Below, piece by piece: positions 36,365 through 45,397 of a stretch of DNA of 64,000 bases. The stretch lies in NCBI GenBank assembly GCA_002269645.1, contig NIVC01001811.1:124001-188000 (forward strand). The letters run 5' to 3'. Numbering within the stretch: the first letter of the stretch is position 1; the number at the start of each line of letters is the position of its first letter. The notes under the pieces are model-generated. The model made no database searches. It was given only the letters and a program-made list of their open reading frames with translations, and was not told where the DNA came from. Source of the DNA: Macrostomum lignano. Taxonomy: Eukaryota. Both the position numbers and the translations under genes were made by a program.

Positions 36365-36531
36365 GTTGTTGCAGTGGTACACAAAATAGATAAAACAAGA
36401 CTAAAGGGGTAAGCAAAATATTTACAGGAGGATCTAATTACAAGTGGACGATGGGGATAGCGCAGTCGAAATAATAGTAGCCGAAGGAGATGATAGCACG
36501 GAGGCAAATTACAATTTGAGAAAAATTTGGA

Positions 36532-39500
36532 CTAGAGATAGATCGCGGCCCATACCGATGTCAGGCAGATCCGGGTCGCCTTCGGGCAGCACTTCCGGAT
36601 GGCGGAGGCTCGGCTCGAACAATTGGCTGCCGCGCAGATCAGGCTGAGCTGCGGCTGGCTGTTCTGGAGCGGACTGATCGGCTGGTTCGACTTCGCTTTC
36701 ATCACTCGACTCGCAGGGCAGCATTGGCTGTTGGCCATCATCTGTGGCACCTTGATGATGTTGTTGCGGTGTACAAGCATTTCGGCGGGGCGTCCACGTC
36801 GGGCTGTCGCAGGCTGGATCCAATAGGCTACTTCGCCGACCTTTCTGTTAACCTTGTACATACTCTTGTACGGCCGGTGGAACTTTGGCAATTCGCCCAA
36901 CTCGAGCTTCGGGTTGGCTAAGCAGACCAGATCTCCGGGCTGCAGTTCCACGGGCTTGGGTCGGTTCTCGTAATACTCTTCGCGACGTTGGATCTCAGCT
37001 CGCAATCGCTGTCGCACAATCCTCTCGGTCTCGGCCAGTCTGCGCTGATGCTTCGCGATGTACTCGGGGAGGTCCGGCGATACGTCCAAGCGGTCTAGGG
37101 TGTTATCGATTGGGTACCGATAAGGCACTCCGTAAACAACGTAATGCGGCGAGAATCCCGTCGTACGATTGACAGCTGATCGCAGGGCTGTCAAAGCGGC
37201 TGGCAGCATCTTGTCCCACTGTTGATGATCTTCGAGAAGACAAGTGAGCACCTTCTTGATGTTTTTGTTGCACAATTCAGCTTGACCGTTTGCCCAGGGC
37301 GAGTATGGCGGCGTCATTGTCTGCCGGATGCCATAGACTTCGCAGAAATGTCGAAACTCGTGCCCTGTGAACTGTTTGCCTTGGTCCGAATGGATCCACG
37401 CGGGGATTCCGGTGATCGGGAAGACTTGTTCCTGCAGCAGAGTTATGATCGTCTTGGCCCGCTGATTCTTCATGGCGAAGGCGAATGGATATTTCGACGT
37501 AGTGTCGACATAGGTGAGGATGTACTTGTTGCCTCGGTCTGTCGGGTCGCCAGTAGGGCCCATGATGTCGATCGCACATTGCCCATAGATTTCGCAGACC
37601 GGAAATGATTGTACATGCGCCGGGATGCGTCGCCATCCTTTGCTCTGAGTGAAGGTCTGGCAGGAAGCGACATAGTCGGACACGGCCTTGGCCAGGGCCG
37701 GCCGCCAGAACCTCTCGCGCACCTTCGCGATGGTGAGATCTCGGCCCATGTGTCCGCAATAGGGCAAACCATGCAGGTCGGCGAACACCGTGGCATCGAG
37801 ACTCTTCGGCAGGACGATCCTTGTTTTATCCTCTTCGCCAACATCGTCGAGATGGATAACTAATAGTCCGTCGTCTCGGACTTCCAATTGCTCGTAGAAT
37901 GCTAGGAGATTTCTCTCGTCTCTCGTCAGGTTTAATCGCTGATTCAGCGGCGGCTTCGGTTGTCGACTTTCGATTAAGTTAATCAGCATCGCGATAGCAG
38001 AGTCAGCTCGCTGATGGGTCTGGAGCTCCTCGCAAGTGACTGGCCTCGGAATGTGATCCGTTAAATTCAAAGTTTGGCGTCGGTTAGTCGGATTAGTCGG
38101 CGCGGCTTCGGCTGTGGCGGCGTGGTTCGGGGTCGGGAGCTCCCTCCGCACGATCGCTACGCTGGCCTGTTGCCGTGTCGTTGAAGAATTTGAAGGCCAA
38201 TCCTCGTCGGTCATGTCAGCATCGGCTACGTCAGCATTAGATTCGTCAGCAGATGAGAGTGAGTCAGCGGAACTGTCGGTATCAAGGCTGAATCTCACCT
38301 TCTTGAACACAGGACGGCGAGCGGGTTGGCAGCGGTCTTCGCTGGCTGCGCTGTGGTCGCTATCCTCGTCGCCTTCAGCTAGTAGCCGGCGGCTCCTTGA
38401 CGGGCAACATGTTGTGCTGCTGAAGCTGGTGGGCGACCTCTGTGAGTCCCGATAACGACTGGCAGATGGCCTCGACTTCGTCGCCGGTGGATGCAGCTCT
38501 GTCAGCGGCTTGCTGTCGGCTGTCAGTGTTGCGGGCGGCGTAGTCTCGCCGTTGGACTCAGTTGATTTCGTCGGCGGCTTTCGTCGGTGACGGCGGGTCG
38601 GTCGCTTCTTGCTCGGTGGAGGACTAGGGTGGCTGCTGTCGTGGACCTTCAGCGCCGCTGCGCCAGTTATCGCGGCTGGCTGCTTACTTTGGTCCTCGAC
38701 TGCAGCCTCTCGCTGAGCCTCTTCCAAACATTCAGCGTCGTCCTCAGGCCGTCTTGAGAGACCGTCGGCGTTCTGGTGCTGACTTGATTTTCGATGCTGG
38801 ATCTCGAACTCGAATTCACTTAGGCGCTGTAACCATCGTCCAAAAATTCCTTCTTGCTGAGTTCGTCGGAGAATCCAGGTTAACGCGGCATGATCGGTTT
38901 GGCAGATAAACTTCTTGGCCAGCAGGTAGAATCTGAAGTGTCGCATTCCATCTACGACTGCCAAGAGCTCTTGCTTTGTAATTGGATAACGGGCTTCGGC
39001 TGGTTTGAGTCGCCGGGAGAAATAGCCAATTGGTCGCTCAACTCCATCAGCTTGGCGTTGGCTCAGGCAGGCTCCGATTCTGGTCGCAGAAGCATCCGTG
39101 TCCAGGATAAACATTACACTAGGATCCTCGCTGAACTGCGGATACGCGAGCACTGATGTCGAAGTCAAGGCTGCTTTGAGCTGGTCAAACGCGTCTTGCT
39201 GGGCTTTTCCCCATAGACAATTGAAATTTCGGATTTTCTTCTCTTTGATTAAATCGTGGAGCGGAGCAGCAAGTTCTGCGTAGCCAGGTATGAATTTAGC
39301 ATAGTAAGCGCACGTGCAGACAAAACTTTTAAGTTGTCGCGCTGTTCTTGGTCTTGGCCAGGTTTGAATTGCCTCAATCTTCGCCGGATCGGTCTTGATT
39401 CCGTCCTTCGTTACCACATGTCCCAGATAGTTTAGACTTTCCCGAAATAGATGGCACTTTTTGCCTTTGAACTTTAAGTTAGCTTCTTGGACTCGCCTAA

Positions 39501-41103
39501 ATACCTCTTCCATATGCTGCAGATGGTCCTTAAATTTCTTAGAATAGATGATTACATCATCCAGGTAGGCGATAGCACTTTTATAGGCAATCCCGTTGAG
39601 CACAGCGTTCATGAGGCGCATGAAGCTGGCTGGTGCTGAGCTGAGTCCCATTGGCATAACATTGTAGGCGAATTGTCCGCGGTGCAGCGTGGCAAAGGCA
39701 GTCAGATCTTGATCCTCTGGACGCAGCGGAATCTGATAGTAGCCGCTATTGAGGTCGAACGTACTGAATAGCTGGCTTCCTTCGAGGCTGGCGAATGCTT
39801 CTTGGATATTAGGAATCGGGTACGGAAAGTACTCGCACTTTTGGTTCAGACTCCTGAAATCTTGTACAATTCTTAGGCTGCCGTCCTTCTTCGGGATGAT
39901 CACCAGCGGGGTGTTGTAGCTGGAGAAGCTCAGTCGAATCACGCCTTTGGCAAGTAGATCGTCGAGTAGCTGATCCACTTTGGGCAGCAGATGCGGCGGG
40001 ATCCTTCGCGTCGGGAGATGCACCGGATTAGTGTCCTTTAGCACAATACTGTGGGTGACCAGATGAGTTTGGCCGAGGTCGTGTGGCCCCTGAGAAAAGA
40101 TGTTCTTGTACTTCTTTAGCAGCTCGATGACCTGAGCGCGCTGGTCACTGGACAGGTCCTCGCTGATGTCGATCTCCTTGATCCACGCGTCAGGATCCTC
40201 GTCTTGGATTTGGTTGACCGAATCTTCTGACTTCAATGGAAAGAAATGTAGCTCAGGCAGTCTGATGGGTCTCGCAATCCCGACTAGGGCATTCGCTCGC
40301 ACTTTGATGGCTGTAGTGCCTCGGTTAATCATCTCGATGGCGCCTTCTCCATTAGCCATAGAAATCAGGGCAGGCGCGGCGTCCAGATGCTGCACATCTT
40401 CTTCGCGCTGAGCCGGTTTCAGCGGCTCGATCACAGCAGGTGTACCCTGGTTTTCCTCGCGTCCTTTAGCTAGCTTGATTTTAATCCGGGCTGATGATAG
40501 CGGCGGCACAGTTGTGCTCTCAGCCGTGTAGATTCTGCGCGTGGTGGCTTCAGTTCGCGTATAGCGGAGTGGTGCGGCAGTGCCGTCCTTAAAGAACAGC
40601 ATCCCGGCGGCAAGATCCAGGGAGGTGCTGTACTTCTCAAGGAACTCGAAGCCCAAGATGTTGTCATGCGATCCTTTCGCTAGCAGAAACTTGACGGTAG
40701 GCTCGAAATTTCCGATCTTCACTTTGATAGTTAATTCTCCTGCCATCTGGATAGGTTCACCATTGTAGGTCACAATGCGCTGCAGGCAGGGCTTGATTTG
40801 GCCACGCAGGGTCGGGTCGTCGGTACATAGACGGTGCCAGGTGCTGAAGCCTAGGACTTCGCATTTGGAACCGGTGTCAAGCAAGAAAGCAAAATAACGG
40901 CCTTGAATCTCACCAGTTAAAAATGGATCCCTTCGAGGTCGCTTAGGTGCAGAGTTCTGTACAGGTGCGGTGGAGGCGGTCTCAGCAGTGGCCTGCTGAG
41001 CGACTAAAGTCCTCGGCGGGGACTTTAGTGCTGGCTCAGCTGCTGGATGGCGCTGCCCCCGATGGCGCTGCCCCCGATGGCGCGTCCAGCCGTCCCGTTT
41101 CCC
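36532..41103 (-). CDS. pol: Gypsy Pol polyprotein (protease, RT, RNase H, integrase)
   Basis: FLLDTGS (protease), YNTPLVIIPKKDGSLR..YLDDVII (RT), ILDTDAS..NADGLSR (RNase H), H..PYCGHMG, IDIMGP..HSDQGKQF..AELCNK (integrase), PKFHRPYK (GPY/F-like). Confidence 0.95.
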   Translation of the reverse strand, partial: GKRDGWTRHRGQRHRGQRHPAAEPALKSPPRTLVAQQATAETASTAPVQNSAPKRPRRDPFLTGEIQGRYFAFLLDTGSKCEVLGFSTWHRLCTDDPTLRGQIKPCLQRIVTYNGEPIQMAGELTIKVKIGNFEPTVKFLLAKGSHDNILGFEFLEKYSTSLDLAAGMLFFKDGTAAPLRYTRTEATTRRIYTAESTTVPPLSSARIKIKLAKGREENQGTPAVIEPLKPAQREEDVQHLDAAPALISMANGEGAIEMINRGTTAIKVRANALVGIARPIRLPELHFFPLKSEDSVNQIQDEDPDAWIKEIDISEDLSSDQRAQVIELLKKYKNIFSQGPHDLGQTHLVTHSIVLKDTNPVHLPTRRIPPHLLPKVDQLLDDLLAKGVIRLSFSSYNTPLVIIPKKDGSLRIVQDFRSLNQKCEYFPYPIPNIQEAFASLEGSQLFSTFDLNSGYYQIPLRPEDQDLTAFATLHRGQFAYNVMPMGLSSAPASFMRLMNAVLNGIAYKSAIAYLDDVIIYSKKFKDHLQHMEEVFRRVQEANLKFKGKKCHLFRESLNYLGHVVTKDGIKTDPAKIEAIQTWPRPRTARQLKSFVCTCAYYAKFIPGYAELAAPLHDLIKEKKIRNFNCLWGKAQQDAFDQLKAALTSTSVLAYPQFSEDPSVMFILDTDASATRIGACLSQRQADGVERPIGYFSRRLKPAEARYPITKQELLAVVDGMRHFRFYLLAKKFICQTDHAALTWILRRTQQEGIFGRWLQRLSEFEFEIQHRKSSQHQNADGLSRRPEDDAECLEEAQREAAVEDQSKQPAAITGAAALKVHDSSHPSPPPSKKRPTRRHRRKPPTKSTESNGETTPPATLTADSKPLTELHPPATKSRPSASRYRDSQRSPTSFSSTTCCPSRSRRLLAEGDEDSDHSAASEDRCQPARRPVFKKVRFSLDTDSSADSLSSADESNADVADADMTDEDWPSNSSTTRQQASVAIVRRELPTPNHAATAEAAPTNPTNRRQTLNLTDHIPRPVTCEELQTHQRADSAIAMLINLIESRQPKPPLNQRLNLTRDERNLLAFYEQLEVRDDGLLVIHLDDVGEEDKTRIVLPKSLDATVFADLHGLPYCGHMGRDLTIAKVRERFWRPALAKAVSDYVASCQTFTQSKGWRRIPAHVQSFPVCEIYGQCAIDIMGPTGDPTDRGNKYILTYVDTTSKYPFAFAMKNQRAKTIITLLQEQVFPITGIPAWIHSDQGKQFTGHEFRHFCEVYGIRQTMTPPYSPWANGQAELCNKNIKKVLTCLLEDHQQWDKMLPAALTALRSAVNRTTGFSPHYVVYGVPYRYPIDNTLDRLDVSPDLPEYIAKHQRRLAETERIVRQRLRAEIQRREEYYENRPKPVELQPGDLVCLANPKLELGELPKFHRPYKSMYKVNRKVGEVAYWIQPATARRGRPAEMLVHRNNIIKVPQMMANSQCCPASRVMKAKSNQPISPLQNSQPQLSLICAAANCSSRASAIRKCCPKATRICLTSVWAAIYL

Positions 41104-42464
41104 GAGCTGCCGTTGCGCTGGGACGCGGTGCTGGCCGACCGTCGGTGCGGGCATTCGTCGGCGCGATGCTCGCGGTTGCACCTGTAGCACATTGCACTTT
41201 GCCGTCGCAACTGATAAGGCGGCGGCCTCGAACTCGATTGTTGCTGCTGTGGCCGCTGCTGCTGCGGCTGCTGCGGCTGTTGCAGCTGCTGATGTCGACG
41301 TTGACCTCCTGCTGGCGGCGTTCTCGGCGGCGGGTTGCTGCCGTTGCGTGGTTGCTGAAGTGGATGGAACTGGTCATGTTGCACAATTCGTGTGCCGGGC
41401 GTCGTAAACTGGACGCTTCCGTCGGCGCTGCGGCGAGGAGTCGATGGTACCAAACATCTGGAGCGTTGGCCCCACGAGTCCCGCGGCTGGTGACGAGGTT
41501 CCCATGGCTCCGGGGCGTCGTTATCGCGCGATCCCCGCGAGTAGAACTCTCGCATCTCATTGCTCAATGTCTCTAATAGGCGTCGCTGCTCTTGCAGAGT
41601 CTCGGCTTGTTGTTCCATGACCTCACGCAACCAGTTCTCCTCGGGCCGAGATGACTTGTCGTCGTGTTGCGCCACAGTGGGCGGCTGACTGTTGTCATCC
41701 TCGAGGACCCGGACGTGTCTCGCTGCTGGCGGCGGTGCTACTCGCTGAGCCAGACTAGCTGCTGTCTCCAAGCGTAGCACGGCCCGTCTTGCTGCGGTCA
41801 GATTCTGCGGTCGCACCAGGATTAGCTGTTCTCTCGCCGACTGAGCAATCCGCACTCCCACTGTGAACTGATCTACCAGTTCAGCCTGCTTCTGAACTGG
41901 GGTAAAATGCGGAAATGCTCTATCAGCCAGAGCAATTAGTCGATCGCCATAGTCGTCAACGCTCTCGTTCTTGCCTTGCTGGCAGCTTCGGAACTGCTCC
42001 CGGTACTCCAGCGTGTCGGCGACATGCGTAAAACGTTCAGACAATCGTTGTTTGAACTCCCCAAACGTCAGATTGTCTGGCAGCTCCATCCTGACGACTG
42101 CGGGATAGGTTGTGGCGATGTCCAAATTCACTAGGACCTCCGCCTTCTTGTGTCTGTCGTCTGTGATCCCGTTGAGCTCACAACGCTCTTCCAGCGCCTG
42201 GATCCAGACGTCGAATTCCTGGTTCTGCGTGTACCGCTGAATCTTGACCGGTTTCAGCGCCGGAGCTCGATCCTGCTGCTGGGGCTGCTGGTACACATGA
42301 TGATGGTGTTGCGGCTGGCCCAGGCTGGTCTGCTCCAGTCGCCGGCGCACCTCTTCGGTCACCGCGCGAATCATCTCGTCGTAGGTCGGTCTTGTCGTTG
42401 AGTTGTCGGGGCCCGCGGCGTCGGCTGTCGCGTCCGCGGCCGTTGGATCAGTAGTTGAAGCCAT
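41025..42464 (-). CDS. gag: Gypsy Gag with CCHC zinc knuckle
   Basis: 479-aa ORF with a capsid-like region (FDVWIQALEERCELNG..FRSCQQGKNESVDDYGDRL..QFTVG) and CYRCNREHRADEC. Confidence 0.92.
   Translation of the reverse strand: MASTTDPTAADATADAAGPDNSTTRPTYDEMIRAVTEEVRRRLEQTSLGQPQHHHHVYQQPQQQDRAPALKPVKIQRYTQNQEFDVWIQALEERCELNGITDDRHKKAEVLVNLDIATTYPAVVRMELPDNLTFGEFKQRLSERFTHVADTLEYREQFRSCQQGKNESVDDYGDRLIALADRAFPHFTPVQKQAELVDQFTVGVRIAQSAREQLILVRPQNLTAARRAVLRLETAASLAQRVAPPPAARHVRVLEDDNSQPPTVAQHDDKSSRPEENWLREVMEQQAETLQEQRRLLETLSNEMREFYSRGSRDNDAPEPWEPRHQPRDSWGQRSRCLVPSTPRRSADGSVQFTTPGTRIVQHDQFHPLQQPRNGSNPPPRTPPAGGQRRHQQLQQPQQPQQQRPQQQQSSSRPPPYQLRRQSAMCYRCNREHRADECPHRRSASTASQRNGSSGNGTAGRAIGGSAIGGSAIQQLSQH
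41097..41103 (-). promoter_or_regulatory. Candidate -1 ribosomal frameshift slippery site G GGA AAC
   Basis: The gag-frame codons tcG GGA AAC lie in the gag/pol overlap, and pol is in the -1 frame relative to gag. Confidence 0.7.
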
Positions 42465-42510
42465 AGTATAGCGTTTGAACGACTCGTTGAAAAGGTTTCG
42501 GCGTTTCGTT

Positions 42511-42531
42511 ATCCCACTTAGCTGACCACCA
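42511..42531 (-). other. Primer-binding site, tRNA-Leu(CAA)-like with insertions
   Basis: TGGTGGTCAGCTAAGTGGGAT lies 1 nt after the 5' LTR. Compare the canonical Leu PBS TGGTGTCAGAAGTGGGAT. Confidence 0.65.
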
Positions 42532-42532
42532 G

Positions 42533-43546
42533 TGAGGTGGGGGTGGAGAAGAACTTTTCTAGACAGTTGTTTTTGAATTTGCAGGCACCAGTGAGGTGGG
42601 GTGGATTCCTCGTTTGAATTGCCGCCGGCGTTGAGTTCGCACGAATAAAACCAGAAAAATGTGCAGACGAATCACAACAAAATTTCTTCTCCTGTTTTAC
42701 TCTGACAGCCGGGTTCTCAAGTCCGGGGGGAGGGTAGTCGTAATTGTAGCAGAGTGGTCGTTAGCGGCGCGGTCATTCAAAGCGGTGAAACACCGGAGAT
42801 ACAGACACCGTAAATTAATGTGTCGATTTGCTGAGCTTGTTACTTTCAGTAGGGTAGAGCTGCCACCACCGTAATTTACGTATTACGGAACGAATCAGTC
42901 TCTGAGCTTTCTTTGAGCTGAGAAAACTTGGTTATTTAACGCCCCACGGGCAAAAGACTCAAGATAGGCTATGGCTTAATGTCAACGAATGAATATTAAT
43001 AAATTGGCGGAATATTAATTTTATTTATCGGTTTGAGCAGGATAACTGATAGATTATTTAATTATTGATGGAGATGGATTCGGCGTGCCGCGGTGTGACG
43101 ACTAATTAACTGGCGAATTGACCAAAACTTATACCACTAAAACACAAAAACATAAAACACACAAAACACGCCTAGAAAACCAAAACACAAAAACAAAACA
43201 AAACTAAACAAAACTAAACAAAACTTTTGGAAACAATCATGTAAACCATCGTTTTAAATAGAGGGGAGTGATCGGTCACGTAGTGGGGACAGAGGCTGGG
43301 CATGCACAGTGGGAGAGGAAAACACGTCAAAGGGGCGGCTTGAACATATAGCAAAAAAAACAAAATTATGATACACATCTAGCAACGTGTAAGCAGTACA
43401 CGTTGCAGGTAAAGACAAACCAACATCGGGAGTGATGTCACTCCAATGAAGGGAAATGCAACGGTTCGCCATGCACATGCAAAAAAGAAAAAATTAAACC
43501 TGCCAAATTTCAGTCTTCGCATCTTCGTGGCAACCCGCCTGCCACA
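42533..43546 (-). repeat. 5' LTR (1014 bp)
   Basis: Near-identical to 34738-35746. The minus strand has a TATTTAAA-like box (~43253-43261) and AATAAA (~43020). Confidence 0.95.
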
Positions 43547-43769
43547 CTTACTTAAGAAACTCTACTTGTGGAAACCAAATGACCTTTTTAGGCAGAATTT
43601 TTTGTGTACATTGGCATACATTTAGCTAAGATAGAATTCTTGTTCTAACATACACTACTACACAATCGGGACCCTGGTGGCCTTGCATTTTCTCCTTGAT
43701 ACTAGGAAAGAGGAAAAAGGTACATAGGCTAAGATCTAGCAAATAAGGTAGGTATAAAAGAATTTCCAA

Positions 43770-44060
43770 GCCTTATAAGGAGTTGGCTTCAATCATTGAT
43801 TTCTTGCAATGCAGAGCAATGTTGTCTTGCAGTAGAGTATCTATAGGCCCTAGGCATGTAAGCTTGGCCTTTTGTTGCAAATGGCTCTGCACCTTGCGCA
43901 GCATTTCCAAATAATAGTCACCATTGACTATTCGGCTGAGAAGAATAGCCTGATTGAAGATGATGCCCTTGCAATCAAAGAATGTCACATGCATGGTTTT
44001 CTGCTAAGCAATGCTCTTTGCAGCCTTTATTGGCCTTGGAAAACCAGGCTGGCACCAAGA
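43770..44060 (-). mobile_element. Mariner (DD34D-type) transposase remnant
   Basis: WCQPGFPRPIKA..*QKTMHVTFFDCKGII..VNGDYYLEMLRK..LLQDNIALH matches the mariner KxMxxVFWDxxG..NGxYY..LLQDNA motifs. Confidence 0.75.
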
Positions 44061-45397
44061 TATGCTCTGCCCTTTCAGTTTAGCCTTCTACAAAAAAGTC
44101 TAATTCTTATTATAAGCTACAATTCTCTGAAAAAAACTAAATCCTCTTGCGCCTGTGTCTTTGCAGATAAGCTACACTAAGAGTTGTGCAGCAGAGCTTC
44201 TACTCATTTTATAGGAAATAAACAACAAATTTGAGAGAATCTTCAAGACTCCAAGATCTTCAGTTAGCAATATATAGATTGTGTTTAGAGATATGCAAGT
44301 AGACTCAGCCAGCTGACAAGAGGTGACATGGTGATCCTCTTATAAAGCAGCTTCTACCTTCTGCACCAACTATGTTGTTCTCGTTAAACAAGGCCTACTT
44401 TGAGGTTTATCTTGAATGTCTTCTTTGCTGTCAAGAACATTTGCCATCTAGCGACAAACAGTGTCATATGATAAACAAGAGTCTGCCTTGGCTTGATGCA
44501 TGATTTTGTATGTCTCTTTTGGAGATAGCCAAAGCAAGGCATGGAACTTGATACAGATACCTCCACTGCACATTTGCTTTTAACTACATCAGTCGAGAAT
44601 GAATCTCCGCACCATGTTCATCCAGAGAGAATTTGTCTTAGAGATTGCTTCTTCTTAGCGTTTTGGTACACTGATGAGCAGTTCCTCTGTCCAGGCGTGA
44701 ATGGCAGTGCTGGCAGATTGTCACGGGTTGTCATCACTGGTAGGTAGGTGGCTTGCCATGGGGATGCACGCTGACCCTCCACAATCCAAGACCCTGGCCA
44801 ATTGGAATCGACTTGGCAATCCAGCATTGGCTGCACTTGCATGGTGGCAATGACCAAGTAAGGTTTGTTATCTGGATGGTTAAGGAGTTAAAGAAAGCAT
44901 CATCTTTGAAGCCTATTGGTGACACTGTTCTGGAGTGCATCAGAAAGTTCTATCTTCCCGATTGTGACCGCAATTATGAGCGACTACCTGTAGCACTGTG
45001 TGCATTGCCAAGTTCTGTTAAAAATTTCTTGGGTACAGTTTTGAAATGCTTATAACTTTTGGTAGATGGTATTGCTGTGAAATTTTATGCCTATATGAAA
45101 CAAAGCTAAAAGAGAAGAGATTTTAGGTATAGTTTCAGTGATCACAGTTTAGAAATGTTTTGCAACACTCATATTATATTTATACTAGTTTATTTGCCAA
45201 AATATAGACTTGCCAAAATACAGAATTTTAGTTCATATTTGCCAATTGAAAATATCCCTGTAAGCAATGGATAGCATATTATAGTCTGTGAGAATATGCC
45301 TAATGATAAGTGTGAGAGAAGTAGACTTAGAATACAGCACAATCATTTAGAATCCGACACTACAAGGCCAGATTTCTGGTTATATTCTGTCCCTCAG

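Larger units (their letters stand above)
34738..43546 (-). mobile_element. Full-length Ty3/Gypsy LTR retrotransposon (8.8 kb)
   Basis: Two ~1-kb direct LTRs with TG..CA ends, a 4-bp TSD CTTA (34734-37 and 43547-50), a PBS, gag, pol in PR-RT-RH-IN order, and an extra ORF. Confidence 0.97.
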
